A stretch of DNA of 64,000 nt, from positions 336,851 through 400,850 of the forward strand of contig CAVSGV010000006.1 of NCBI GenBank assembly GCA_963727815.1, in the 5' to 3' direction. This DNA is from an uncultured bacterium. GTDB taxonomy: Bacteria; Margulisbacteria; WOR-1; CAVSGV01. The translations under genes were made by a program, and so were the position numbers. Below, piece after piece: positions 52,011-62,037 of this stretch (its first letter is position 1; every line of letters starts with the position of its first letter). The notes beneath the pieces were generated by a model, which worked only from the letters and a program-made list of their open reading frames with translations, ran no database searches and was not told the DNA's origin.

Positions 52011-52232
52011 ATGAAAGGTCCAAATGAAATTAAAAGCACAAAGGAGCATATCAAAGATTGCAACAATGCAATTGTGGAATCTCAGGCAGAAATTGGTCGC
52101 CTTGAGGGTAAAAAAATATCAGATGCAAGCCATGCGGCTGATTATGATAAAAAGATTGCCGAACATCGTAGTGTGATAAGTAAAATGCAAATACAGAGAG
52201 ATATATTAATTAAAAGTCTTTCTGATTGCTAA
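52011..52232 (+). CDS. Small coiled-coil hypothetical protein
   Basis: Strong SD GAGGAGG; heptad-like pattern. Confidence 0.65.
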   Translation: MKGPNEIKSTKEHIKDCNNAIVESQAEIGRLEGKKISDASHAADYDKKIAEHRSVISKMQIQRDILIKSLSDC

Positions 52233-52247
52233 ACAGATTAATGTTGT

Positions 52248-54257
52248 CTACTTAGCCGGCAGCTCGATCGGCATTACGAAGAACGGAATGCCTTCCTTAT
52301 AAAGCCTTTCGTGGACGGAGAATAAAGTATAGTTGTGCAGAAGACGCGACATCAGCGTCGTCCTCGGGAAAACAACCTGCCCGCCGAAGAACGTCGCGTT
52401 CGGGTACTTCTCCAGAAGCTCGCATGCCGCCTTTGAGATCTCTTCTACCGTATCGATCCCGAACACCGCCACGCCTTCCGCGTGATACCCGTGCTGCTTA
52501 AGCAGTTCCACGTACCTGTTCAGCTCCTTGTGGACCTTGTCCTTCACGGCTTCCAGCTCCGCCTGGCTCCTGAAAGCGCCCGCGTCTATAAGCCCGAACT
52601 GGATGAAAACGAAGTTCTTGAAGACCGGCCCGAAAGACTTGAATATCGCAAAGAGCGTCTTTAACCCGACCCCCGTGAAATCTTTCACGAGAATGACCGC
52701 CGTCTTGTCATTGGGATCGAACGCGCCCGGATTGTTCCGGACCGGTATCTGATACACCGGATGCGTCGCATCCACCTCTTCAACGATCCTGTCCAGCTTT
52801 TCCATCTTCTCGTCGGTGGACTGGTAATTCATCTTGATGATGAGCATGAATAATATCAGCGTTCCCGTAATGACAAGCGTTATCCAGCCGCCTTCCTGGA
52901 ATTTTATTATCGTCACAGAAACGAGGATGAACGACGTCAGGATGAGACCGATGCCGTTAACGGATATCTTCGGTATCCAGTCGCGTATCACGTGCCTCGC
53001 TTCCCACCAGTGCTTCACCATTCCTATCTGGGAAAGACAGAAAGTTATGAACACGTTGATGCTGTAAAGAACGACAAGATAGCCGACGGAACCGTTCGTG
53101 GAGATCATCAGAACAAGGGAGCCCAGCCCCATTATCAATATCCCGTTTATCGTGACGAGCCTGTCGGAAAGGAGAGCGAACCTTTTCGGCAGCCACCTGT
53201 CAGCCGCCATGTTGGCGAGCACGCGCGGACCGTCTATGAACCCCGTCTGCGCCGCCACAAAAAGGATAGCCGCTTCGGATATCAACGTGAGAAGAACAAA
53301 AAAGTAACCGCTTATTCCCCAGCCTGTGGTCACTCTCTCGAACAGCACTGCGTTCAGCGTCTTGCCCGTCTGCGGCTCTACTCTGTAAAGCACATACGCG
53401 AGCATCAATCCGAGAACTACCGTGGCGAGAGAGACCACCATGTATTGCATCGTTTTTTTCGCGGTCTTCACTTTCGGCTCGCGAAGGATGGGCAGGCCGT
53501 TGCTCACCGCTTCGATACCGGTGTACGTTCCGGCGCCCATGCTGTAAGCCCGCATGATAAGAAAAAGGAAACCGAAAAGACCGAGCTGGGAGACGGTGGA
53601 CTTGATGTCGCTCCCGGTGGAATGCGCGACGGCGGAAAAACCGCCCAGGTGAGTGACCATCGCGTAAACTATTATGATGATATGGGTCAGGACGAAAGCC
53701 AGGAATATCGGCGTGAGTATCGCCACGGATTCCTTTACCCCGCGCAGGTTGAGGAGAATAAGAACAAAAAGCACCGCGACCGCGAACCAAAGTTTATACG
53801 TGATGAGCGAAACCGGCATCAGGCTGAACAGAGCGTCGGCGCCGCTGGCGACGGAGAGCGTGATGGTCAAAATGTAGTCTATGAGAAGAGCGGCTCCCGA
53901 GACCATGCCGACGTTCGGAGAGAGCAGTTTGCTCGCGACAATGTATCCTCCGCCGCCGGTGGGGAACAGCTCCACTATCTGCGAATAGCTTTCCGCGATT
54001 ATGAATATCGTTATCGCGGTGGCGAGACCGACGAGAATGCCGAGGAAATGATGGCCGCCCAGGTTGATGAAAGCCTCCGGAGGTCCGTAACAGGATGATG
54101 ACAATCCGTCGGCGCCCAGTCCCACCCACGCGAAGAAAGCGATGAGCGAAATATTGTGCATTGTGGCCTGGTCCATCGGATTCCTCGCTCCGCCGATGAG
54201 GATCTCTTTCATTTTGTGGCGGATGCCGCGCTTATGTTCTATTTCTTTGTGAGGCAT
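52248..54257 (-). CDS. APC-superfamily permease, KimA/YdaO-like
   Basis: ADGLSSSCYGPPEAF, FPTGGGGY, LIDYILTITLSVASG, TGIEAVSNG; cytoplasmic C-terminal domain. Confidence 0.85.
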   Translation of the reverse strand: MPHKEIEHKRGIRHKMKEILIGGARNPMDQATMHNISLIAFFAWVGLGADGLSSSCYGPPEAFINLGGHHFLGILVGLATAITIFIIAESYSQIVELFPTGGGGYIVASKLLSPNVGMVSGAALLIDYILTITLSVASGADALFSLMPVSLITYKLWFAVAVLFVLILLNLRGVKESVAILTPIFLAFVLTHIIIIVYAMVTHLGGFSAVAHSTGSDIKSTVSQLGLFGFLFLIMRAYSMGAGTYTGIEAVSNGLPILREPKVKTAKKTMQYMVVSLATVVLGLMLAYVLYRVEPQTGKTLNAVLFERVTTGWGISGYFFVLLTLISEAAILFVAAQTGFIDGPRVLANMAADRWLPKRFALLSDRLVTINGILIMGLGSLVLMISTNGSVGYLVVLYSINVFITFCLSQIGMVKHWWEARHVIRDWIPKISVNGIGLILTSFILVSVTIIKFQEGGWITLVITGTLILFMLIIKMNYQSTDEKMEKLDRIVEEVDATHPVYQIPVRNNPGAFDPNDKTAVILVKDFTGVGLKTLFAIFKSFGPVFKNFVFIQFGLIDAGAFRSQAELEAVKDKVHKELNRYVELLKQHGYHAEGVAVFGIDTVEEISKAACELLEKYPNATFFGGQVVFPRTTLMSRLLHNYTLFSVHERLYKEGIPFFVMPIELPAK

Positions 54258-56098
54258 TATATGTCCAGCTCCATCGCGGGGTCGGTCTCCTTTGACGCTT
54301 TTTCTCCCTCGACTTTGTTTTCCCTGAACCCGTGTTTTTTGAGATACAGGAACCATTTAACGGACGAGTCGCACGTTATCACTACGACCAGGACTATCAT
54401 CACGATGGACAGGAACGCGTTAAGGTTGCCGTTGAATGAATGCGACGGCAGGTAATTTCCGAAAATGTTTTCGATCCCTGCGGTGATCGTGGTCACCAGC
54501 ATGAAAAGCATCGGCAGGAAAGTTATGAGCGCGTAAACTTTCTTTTTGTTATTTCTCAGTATCACGAACGTACCTATTATCAACGCAACCGTGGCGAGAA
54601 GCTGATTTGCCACGCCGAACATCGGCCATATGGTCGAGATGTCGCCGTTGTAAACAAGATATCCCCATGAAGCCACGACCAGCGCGCTGGTTATCAATAT
54701 TCCCGGCCACCATTTTGTGTCGCCGAAAGGCTTGTAAACTTTTCCGAATATCTCCTGGGTTATGTATCTTGCGACCCTGGTCCCGGCATCGATCGTCGTC
54801 AGGATGAACAGCGCCTCGAACATTATGGCGAAATGATACCAGTACCCCATCAAACCTTTCATTCCGGGGATGCCCGAAAATATCTGCGCCATTCCCACCG
54901 CCAGCGAGACCGCTCCGCCCGGACGCCCGATTATATTTTCCTGGACCATTTTTCCGAGCGGCACAATATTGACCGTTGCCATATTGAGTTTTGCGAATAC
55001 CGCCGGAGCAGTGTTGATGACGAAATAATCGCCGGGGAAAAGAGCGGTAGCGGCTATCAGCGCCATGATGGCGACGAAACCTTCAACGAGCATCGCGCCG
55101 TAGCCTATCATCCTGATGTCCTTTTCGTTCGAGATCATTTTAGGCGTGGTCCCTGAAGATATCAGAGAGTGAAAACCTGATATCGCGCCGCACGCTATCG
55201 TTATGCAGACGAACGGCCAGACTTTTCCGGGGATGATAGGTCCTCCTCCGTGGATGAAAGGTGTCAGCGCCGGCATCTTCAGGACGGGATGAACGAAGAA
55301 TATCCCCAGGCCGAGCAAAAGTATCGTCCCGATCTTTAGATATGAGCTGATGTAATCGCGCGGGCATAGAAGGAGCCAGACGGGCAGCACCGACGCTAAA
55401 AATCCGTAAGCTATCAACAACAGCGTCAGGTTCTGCCTGGAGAAAGTGAAAAGGAACGCGAAAGGGGAGCCCTGGACGTTGCAGCCGAATATCACTGCGG
55501 CAAGAAGCAGAACCGTTCCTATCACCGACGCCTCAAGTATCGCTCCTTTTCTCCAGACGCTCATATATATCCCGACGAGCATCGCCGCCGGAATGCTCAC
55601 CGCGATGGCGAACGTTCCCCAGGGGCTCTGCGCCAGAGCGTTCACCACCACTATCGACAATCCCGCAAGAGCGGTCACGATTATGAAAAGGACCGCTATC
55701 GCCGTCGCGATCCCCGTTGTCCTGCCGATATAATCTCTGGCGATCTTGTGGAGAGACAATCCGTTATGCCTCACCGACGCGAAAAGTATCACGTAATCAT
55801 GGACCGCGCCGCCAAGCACCGTGCCGATGATTATCCATATCGCGCCGGGAAGATATCCGAACTGCGCCGCGAGCACCGGGCCTATCAGCGGTCCTGCGCC
55901 TGCAATGGCCGCGAAATGATGGCCGAAAAGCACCCATTTGTTCGTCGGCTCGTAGTCATGGCCGTCCTTGAAGGCGAACGCGGGGGTCTTTTTTTTCGGG
56001 TCGAGCGCCAGGACCTTCGCCGAAAGGAACGCGGAATAATATCTGTACGCGATGACAAAGACGCACAAAGCGACGATCAAAAGTGTAAGAGCGTTCAA
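54257..56098 (-). CDS. cstA: Carbon starvation protein A family transporter
   Basis: [62 protein letters not shown]. Confidence 0.95.
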   Translation of the reverse strand: MNALTLLIVALCVFVIAYRYYSAFLSAKVLALDPKKKTPAFAFKDGHDYEPTNKWVLFGHHFAAIAGAGPLIGPVLAAQFGYLPGAIWIIIGTVLGGAVHDYVILFASVRHNGLSLHKIARDYIGRTTGIATAIAVLFIIVTALAGLSIVVVNALAQSPWGTFAIAVSIPAAMLVGIYMSVWRKGAILEASVIGTVLLLAAVIFGCNVQGSPFAFLFTFSRQNLTLLLIAYGFLASVLPVWLLLCPRDYISSYLKIGTILLLGLGIFFVHPVLKMPALTPFIHGGGPIIPGKVWPFVCITIACGAISGFHSLISSGTTPKMISNEKDIRMIGYGAMLVEGFVAIMALIAATALFPGDYFVINTAPAVFAKLNMATVNIVPLGKMVQENIIGRPGGAVSLAVGMAQIFSGIPGMKGLMGYWYHFAIMFEALFILTTIDAGTRVARYITQEIFGKVYKPFGDTKWWPGILITSALVVASWGYLVYNGDISTIWPMFGVANQLLATVALIIGTFVILRNNKKKVYALITFLPMLFMLVTTITAGIENIFGNYLPSHSFNGNLNAFLSIVMIVLVVVITCDSSVKWFLYLKKHGFRENKVEGEKASKETDPAMELDI

Positions 56099-57159
56099 AC
56101 GAATTTTTCCCTTCCTATCAGCCTGTCGTCGATACGGGCATCATTATACAACGAAAGGAAGAGATTTGAATATTTATAAAGATACCTTTTCAGGTCCGGG
56201 ATGTCCTTGTCGGAAGCGTTGAACCGGTGGATGTCCATTTTGTTGGTCAGCCTCATATTTGCGCCGCCCTTCGAGCCGATGCCCCCCGAATATCCCGCTC
56301 TCCTGGCCCTTGAGATAAGCTGCCTGTCCACGCTGCCCCACGGCCAGCAGATGTAGTCAACTTTTTTGTCGAGATGGACTTCGATGAGGTCTTTCGTCAG
56401 GGTAAGCTCGTGCATTATCCGCGCCAGGGATTCCGCTCTCGTTTCGAACCTGTCGTTGAATCTTCCGTGTTCCGCTACGATATCACGAAGTTCATTTTCA
56501 ATGACGCCGTGCGTGTAAGCGAAATCGGCAAGCTTGTTGCGAAGGTCCCTGTCGTCGAAATATCTTCTCACCGCCAGCGACGGACCGGTCGGATATATTG
56601 GGATGCCAATTCTCATGTCACCGTCGGTCGCCCATCCCACTTTCGGGTTCCCGCTGCCGTCGTAGAATGAGATCACCTTGTTGTCCTCGAAATATGCCGC
56701 GTGGCTGTGGCTGTGCGCCTGATGATCGATAAGGCAGCCCGACTGCATCTCTTTTATCTCTTCCCAGGTCAGGTATCCATCCAGCCCGTTCTTCGCCGTG
56801 ATGCTGTCGATCAATATCTTTGAATTGTCGGGGATATCCCTGTTCTTCGGCGCGGCGTTCTTGATGAAGGCGGTCACGAGGAATATCGTCGCCTTCATAT
56901 TATATTTTTTCAGTATCGGATAGGCGTAGCGGTAATTGTCGGCGTAACCGTCGTCGAAAGTTATCACTATCACTTTTTCCGGAATGTCCCAGCCGTCCAG
57001 GTATTTGAAGAACTCAGGCAGATGGAGCGAGCGGTATCCGTTATCCGAAAGATATTTTATCTGCTCCTCGAAACGCGCGGGCGAGATGCTGACAGAGGTT
57101 TCTTTCTGCTCATTGACGTGGTGATACATCATCACCGGTATGCAATTAGTTGTCGGCAT
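56095..57159 (-). CDS. Polysaccharide deacetylase (CE4)
   Basis: PVMMYHHV, ITFDDGY, HSHSH, CWPWG. Confidence 0.92.
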   Translation of the reverse strand: MPTTNCIPVMMYHHVNEQKETSVSISPARFEEQIKYLSDNGYRSLHLPEFFKYLDGWDIPEKVIVITFDDGYADNYRYAYPILKKYNMKATIFLVTAFIKNAAPKNRDIPDNSKILIDSITAKNGLDGYLTWEEIKEMQSGCLIDHQAHSHSHAAYFEDNKVISFYDGSGNPKVGWATDGDMRIGIPIYPTGPSLAVRRYFDDRDLRNKLADFAYTHGVIENELRDIVAEHGRFNDRFETRAESLARIMHELTLTKDLIEVHLDKKVDYICWPWGSVDRQLISRARRAGYSGGIGSKGGANMRLTNKMDIHRFNASDKDIPDLKRYLYKYSNLFLSLYNDARIDDRLIGREKFV

Positions 57160-57160
57160 T

Positions 57161-58372
57161 TCAGCTCCTGTCCGGGGAAGAGAGCACCCTGTCGTACATC
57201 TCTTCAGTTTTCCGGGCGGAAGACTCGATGGAGAAATTCTCCTCCACTTTTTTTCTTCCCGCCTCTCCGAACGACCTCAGCCTTGACGGGTTCTGCAGAA
57301 AGACCCTCAGGAGCGAAGCCAGTTCCGCCTCGCTGTCCGGGTCCTTCATGAGAAAACCCGAAACGTGCTCATCGATGACTTCCGGTATTCCGCCTATCCT
57401 GGAGCCGATAGCCGGAATGCCCGATGCGCCCGCCTCCGCGTAAACAAGACCGAAAGCGTCCTCATGCGACGGCACGACAAGGACATCCGATGCCGAATAA
57501 ACATCAGGCATGTCAGACGGAGAAATGAACCCCGTGAATATCACCTTATCCTTAATGGGCTCCGCCAGTTTTTTGAGAGAGTCGATGTACGGAGTGGCTT
57601 TTTCACCGGAATTGTAAAAATGGCTTCCCACGATCAGCACTTTGACCTTCTTGCCGCTGTTCACCAGAAGGCCGGCGGCTTTTATGAGAGTGTGCACGCC
57701 TTTTTCCTTTCGCAGCCTTCCCGCGAAGAGCAGGACCAGCTCATCATCAGCTATCCCGTAACGCTTCCTTATCTCCGCTGCTTTAGCGGCATTCTCCCAT
57801 TTGGGCTTGAATTTCTTGAGGTTGATCCCGTTATAAATGGTGAAGCATCTTTTGGCATCGAGAGGGAAGCGGTCGATGATCTCCTCCTTCACCGTGTGGT
57901 TGCTTATTCCGGCAAAAGCGTCGAACATGTTCAGGTATCTTTCAACCTCGCCCTTGCTCATCTCCGCGAAATACCGGTTGTGGTGATGGAGTATCAGCTT
58001 CGTATTGACGCTGACGTATTTCCGCAGTATCGGCAGGAACCACGGCCTGTTCATGACGTGGATGATATCCGGCTGAATTTCCTTTATCTGCTTGATGATC
58101 TCGTACACGTACGGGAAATAATTCTTTGTCGTAAGGAACCTCATCCGCATTTTCAGCTCGTACCAAGACGACAGGCATATCCGCCTGTGCTCGACATTGC
58201 CGATGGTCTCGCGCGCGGGAAGATGGTCTATTCCGTATTCGCAGTTGGAGAAAACGTAAGGCTTGAATTCCCTGTAGAGCGGAGTTACCTCCCAGATGAC
58301 GGTCTGGATCCCGCCGCCTCTTATCGGCGGAATGGGGAAAGAATTCGGGGCTATTATCGCGGCTTTCAACAT
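57161..58372 (-). CDS. Glycosyltransferase family 4
   Basis: PIPPIRGGGI, FAGRLRKEKG, DAFGLVYAEA, GGIPEV. Confidence 0.92.
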   Translation of the reverse strand: MLKAAIIAPNSFPIPPIRGGGIQTVIWEVTPLYREFKPYVFSNCEYGIDHLPARETIGNVEHRRICLSSWYELKMRMRFLTTKNYFPYVYEIIKQIKEIQPDIIHVMNRPWFLPILRKYVSVNTKLILHHHNRYFAEMSKGEVERYLNMFDAFAGISNHTVKEEIIDRFPLDAKRCFTIYNGINLKKFKPKWENAAKAAEIRKRYGIADDELVLLFAGRLRKEKGVHTLIKAAGLLVNSGKKVKVLIVGSHFYNSGEKATPYIDSLKKLAEPIKDKVIFTGFISPSDMPDVYSASDVLVVPSHEDAFGLVYAEAGASGIPAIGSRIGGIPEVIDEHVSGFLMKDPDSEAELASLLRVFLQNPSRLRSFGEAGRKKVEENFSIESSARKTEEMYDRVLSSPDRS

Positions 58373-59541
58373 ATCGATCTTATCATCTTCTCGTGCAGGT
58401 CCGTGAATTTTTTCCTGATTCCGTTCATGCTCTTTATCGCGTTCTTCCTCATCCTCCGGACCGTTGATGGATCCGCCAGTTCAGATATCTTCCTTGCCAT
58501 GTCGTTAATGTCCACCAGCGCCGCCCTGACAAGCAGGTGCCGGTCTTTTCTGGTCTCCCACCGGGCAACTTTCGCCAGGAGCCCGTTGTATCCGTCCTTC
58601 ACCCATTCGTTCATCGGAGGAGCGTCCACGGTCACCACCGGCAGTCCCATCGCCAGGGATTCAAGGAAAGGAATGCCGATGCCTTCCCATTTGCTCGGAA
58701 GAAGCGAGACGTCGCAGGAGCGGTAGACGTCCATCATCTCTTTCATTTCGAGCTCCCTGTCCATGACGCTGATGCGCTCGTTCTTTTTGATGATGTCGCG
58801 CACCACTTCCGGATAATCTTTGAGCGGCTTCTGCGAGGTTATCACCAGCCTGATGTCCGCGGACCTGGACGCCTTGTCGAAAGCTTCCACGACCGCCAGG
58901 GTGTTCTTCCTCCATTCGATGCCGCCGTGACCCGCGTTGTGGAAGAATTTCACGGGTTTTCCGACATCCCTTTTCGCGGGCGCGAACATCTTTTCATCAA
59001 TTCCCCAGCGGATGAACTTCGTATTGCGGAAGCCGAATCTTTTGAGAAGGTCCTGAGTGCATTTGACGGGGCAGTGGAGGGCGGTATACATGCTGTAGTG
59101 GCTGAACTCTTCCTTCTTTATCGTTTCGTAATTGATCTCCATTACCGTGGCCACGCCGTTCTTTTCGCACCACTGAAGGACTTCTTTGTCCTCCAGCCTG
59201 TCAGGGAAGATCACTACCTTAAGCCCCCGGTCCCTGATCCACTTGATGACCTTCCACGGCTTAATGACCTTTGTGTAGACAAGCTCCTTGTATCCCCAGT
59301 CGGCTTCGTCCTTTATGAAATTTTTATACGCGAAGATGTACACATCATGTTTTACGCTGAGGCATTTGGAAAGGAACCTGGATTGGTAGGGGACGCCCTG
59401 CCTTGCCCATGAAGAAACGATGCCTATCCTCGGCGATCTTCTGGCGGTTTTCCTTGATACGACGGTCTTAACTTCGATCTCGTTCTTGTAAAAATAGAGC
59501 AAGGCGACCGCCATCACTATCGCGGCGATTATCAATGTCAT
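58366..59541 (-). CDS. Glycosyltransferase family 4 with N-terminal membrane anchor
   Basis: LPSKWEGIGIPFLESLAMGLPVV. Confidence 0.88.
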   Translation of the reverse strand: MTLIIAAIVMAVALLYFYKNEIEVKTVVSRKTARRSPRIGIVSSWARQGVPYQSRFLSKCLSVKHDVYIFAYKNFIKDEADWGYKELVYTKVIKPWKVIKWIRDRGLKVVIFPDRLEDKEVLQWCEKNGVATVMEINYETIKKEEFSHYSMYTALHCPVKCTQDLLKRFGFRNTKFIRWGIDEKMFAPAKRDVGKPVKFFHNAGHGGIEWRKNTLAVVEAFDKASRSADIRLVITSQKPLKDYPEVVRDIIKKNERISVMDRELEMKEMMDVYRSCDVSLLPSKWEGIGIPFLESLAMGLPVVTVDAPPMNEWVKDGYNGLLAKVARWETRKDRHLLVRAALVDINDMARKISELADPSTVRRMRKNAIKSMNGIRKKFTDLHEKMIRSIC

Positions 59542-59634
59542 GATGCGGAATTATAACACATTTTTACCGCATTCCCGATTGAAAAGGGAGGCGGCAGGGA
59601 CTAGAATGATTCCAAATTTTCAGGAGGTGGTCTT

Positions 59635-59967
59635 ATGCCGGCAAAAAAGAAAGTGGTAAAGAAAGCGAAACCGAAATCCAAGAAGGCGAAAGCGGCGAAG
59701 AAGCCCAAGGTCAAGAAAGAAAAGTTATTGGGAAAGGTTGAACACGTTTTTGACAAGATAAGCGTCATGGCGGTGAAAATGAAGGCTCCTTTAAAGGTCG
59801 GGGACGTGATCCACGTGAAAGGCCACACCACCGATTATGAAATGCCGATAGTTTCCATGCAGATAGAACACGAGCAGGTCCAGAAAGTGAAAAAAGGAGA
59901 TGACGTCGGCATAAAGGTGCCCCAGCACACGCGCGAGGGCGACGGGGTTTACCTGAAGAACAAATGA
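59635..59967 (+). CDS. Small beta-barrel protein (translation-factor-like/U32 peptidase C-terminal-like) with Lys-rich N-tail
   Basis: GKVEHVFDKISV, LKVGDVIHVKGHTTD, SMQIEH, GDDVGIKV. Confidence 0.8.
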   Translation: MPAKKKVVKKAKPKSKKAKAAKKPKVKKEKLLGKVEHVFDKISVMAVKMKAPLKVGDVIHVKGHTTDYEMPIVSMQIEHEQVQKVKKGDDVGIKVPQHTREGDGVYLKNK

Positions 59968-61217
59968 AGAGCCTGGAACTTAAATACGGCAACAAGAAGA
60001 TATCGCTGAAGCTTGGCGAGGGCAGGATACTGTCGGTTGTTGAAGGCAATAAGCTGCTTCCCCTCGCGAACCCGTCGGAAAAAATTAAGCGCGTCCTCAA
60101 ATATCCAATATCTTCAAAAAGCATGCACGAGACTTTCTCTCCGGGCGAGAAGACGGCGATAATCGTCTCTGACCGGACGCGCAACATTGCGGCGTCCGCT
60201 TTTCTTCCCGTCCTCATCGATGAGCTGAATTCCATAGGCATCAAGGACAGCGACATATTCATAGTGTTCGCCTGCGGAACCCACAGGCTTCACACAAAGG
60301 AAGAGCACGCGAAGATAGTGGGCAAAGAAGTTGCAGCCAGGATCAGACTCATGGACCACGACGGCATGGACAAGGACAATCTTGTCGAGCTCGGCACGAC
60401 GTCGAGGGGCACGAAAGTCGCGATGAACAAGAAAGTGCTCGATGCCGACAGGGTGATACTCACCGGCGCGATAACTTACCATTATTTCGCGGGATATGGC
60501 GGAGGAAGGAAAGCCGCGCTTCCGGGAGTTTCCGCATTTGAGACGATCCAGACCAATCACAAGCTCTGCCTCGGAAATGACATGGCAAAGACGGGCATCC
60601 TCAAAGGCAATCCCGTGCACGAGGACATGCTCGAGGCCGCGAGGATGCTGGACCCTGACTTCATATTCAACGTCATCCTCGACGATACCGGACGCATCGC
60701 AGCTGTTTTCGCCGGCGACCTTGAGAAAGCGCATCTTGCCGGGTGCGAGGAGATGGACAGGAACTTCAAGGTGAAGATCGAAAAGAAAGCGCCGTTCGTC
60801 ATCGTCGCGGCGGGCGGAGGGAACAAGGACCTGAACTTCGTTCAGACGCACAAGGCGATGGAAATGGCGTCCTACGCTCTGGAGGAAGGCGGGACGATGG
60901 TACTTCTGGGAGAATCCAGCGAAGGATTCCCGTCCGGCGAATACCTGAAATACGTCAACCTGGGTTCTGCCGAAGCGATAGAGAACGAACTCAAGAGAAA
61001 GTTCACTATCCCCGGCCACACGATACTATCGGCCTTCAAAAAAGCGGAGAGGTTCAAGATCATCTGGGCGTCGAAACTTGATGAAGGAACGATCAGGAAA
61101 TTCGGCATCACTCCGGCGGAGAACCTAGCCCACGCGATGAACTTGGCGGGAGACGCGGGACCTGCCTACATAATGCCTCAGGGATACAACACCTTTCCGT
61201 ATACAAAATCCCAATAA
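59964..61217 (+). CDS. LarA-family nickel-pincer-dependent racemase/epimerase
   Basis: SDRTR, ACGTHR, GTTSRGT, HYFAGYGGGRK, GNPVHEDM. Confidence 0.9.
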   Translation: MKSLELKYGNKKISLKLGEGRILSVVEGNKLLPLANPSEKIKRVLKYPISSKSMHETFSPGEKTAIIVSDRTRNIAASAFLPVLIDELNSIGIKDSDIFIVFACGTHRLHTKEEHAKIVGKEVAARIRLMDHDGMDKDNLVELGTTSRGTKVAMNKKVLDADRVILTGAITYHYFAGYGGGRKAALPGVSAFETIQTNHKLCLGNDMAKTGILKGNPVHEDMLEAARMLDPDFIFNVILDDTGRIAAVFAGDLEKAHLAGCEEMDRNFKVKIEKKAPFVIVAAGGGNKDLNFVQTHKAMEMASYALEEGGTMVLLGESSEGFPSGEYLKYVNLGSAEAIENELKRKFTIPGHTILSAFKKAERFKIIWASKLDEGTIRKFGITPAENLAHAMNLAGDAGPAYIMPQGYNTFPYTKSQ

Positions 61218-61302
61218 CAAAATCCCAAATCCCAACAAAGTGTCCTTCGGACATATTTAATATAAATTCATTGTTTGGATTTGGGATTTGAGATTTGGGA
61301 TT
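61205..61302. repeat. Heptamer (AAATCCC/GGGATTT) inverted-repeat hairpin between convergent genes
   Basis: aaaatcccaataacaaaatcccaaatcccaac ... ttggatttgggatttgagatttgggatt; overlaps both stop codons. Confidence 0.85.
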
Positions 61303-62021
61303 TAAAGTGAAACTATCTTAAGCGTGCCCCACGCGCCCATCTTGTCGTTCTTTATGATGAGCACGCCGTGAAGTCCTTTTATTTTCTTCGCCATGTTAAG
61401 CCCGTCCTCGATGGTCTCTTCATCCTTGACGACGTTGCCTATGGCGGTGGCGGCCGCATCGGCCAGCGCGCATGACTTTGCCGTGACCAGTATCGCATCG
61501 GCTGCGCCGAAAGATGAATGACCCGCCTGCGCGGCGACCGTGCAAACTCCCAGGGGAGTATTATACGGCGATATCTCGATGGCGATCTTTTCGGAAAATG
61601 GCGACTTGCCCGCGAACACGCCTATCCTCCTGGGCCTGTCTATCTTCACGAAAATGTCGCCGCCGTTCTCCACGATGACTTCTTTTGAATATTTCGCCAG
61701 GTTTTTCCCGACGGCCTCCGTCAGCGCTCCGTCTATGGAAGCCATGGGGCCCACGTTCGCGCGCTTTGCCGCCCAGGCCATTGTCTTGATGATCTTCGGA
61801 GCGAGAAGCGAGACAGCATAAGGCTTGAAGGTCTTTTCGAACTTGGGGTTCTTCGCGATGAATTCTTCCAGCTCTTTTTTTACTTTTTTCAAGATCTCAT
61901 GCGCGGCGGTGGTCAGGGCTTTTTCGGCGAACACGAGCATGTCCGTTTCTTTATCTATGACGGCGCTCCTGACGAGTCCCTTGGCGTTAATGAGTTTCCT
62001 GTATTTGAATTCCTGTTTCAT
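61302..62021 (-). CDS. UPF0280 / ApbE-like protein
   Basis: VGPMASIDGA, IVENGGDI, GHSSFGAADA, ALADAAATAIGN. Confidence 0.88.
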   Translation of the reverse strand: MKQEFKYRKLINAKGLVRSAVIDKETDMLVFAEKALTTAAHEILKKVKKELEEFIAKNPKFEKTFKPYAVSLLAPKIIKTMAWAAKRANVGPMASIDGALTEAVGKNLAKYSKEVIVENGGDIFVKIDRPRRIGVFAGKSPFSEKIAIEISPYNTPLGVCTVAAQAGHSSFGAADAILVTAKSCALADAAATAIGNVVKDEETIEDGLNMAKKIKGLHGVLIIKNDKMGAWGTLKIVSL

Positions 62022-62037
62022 GAAGTCCGATTATACC

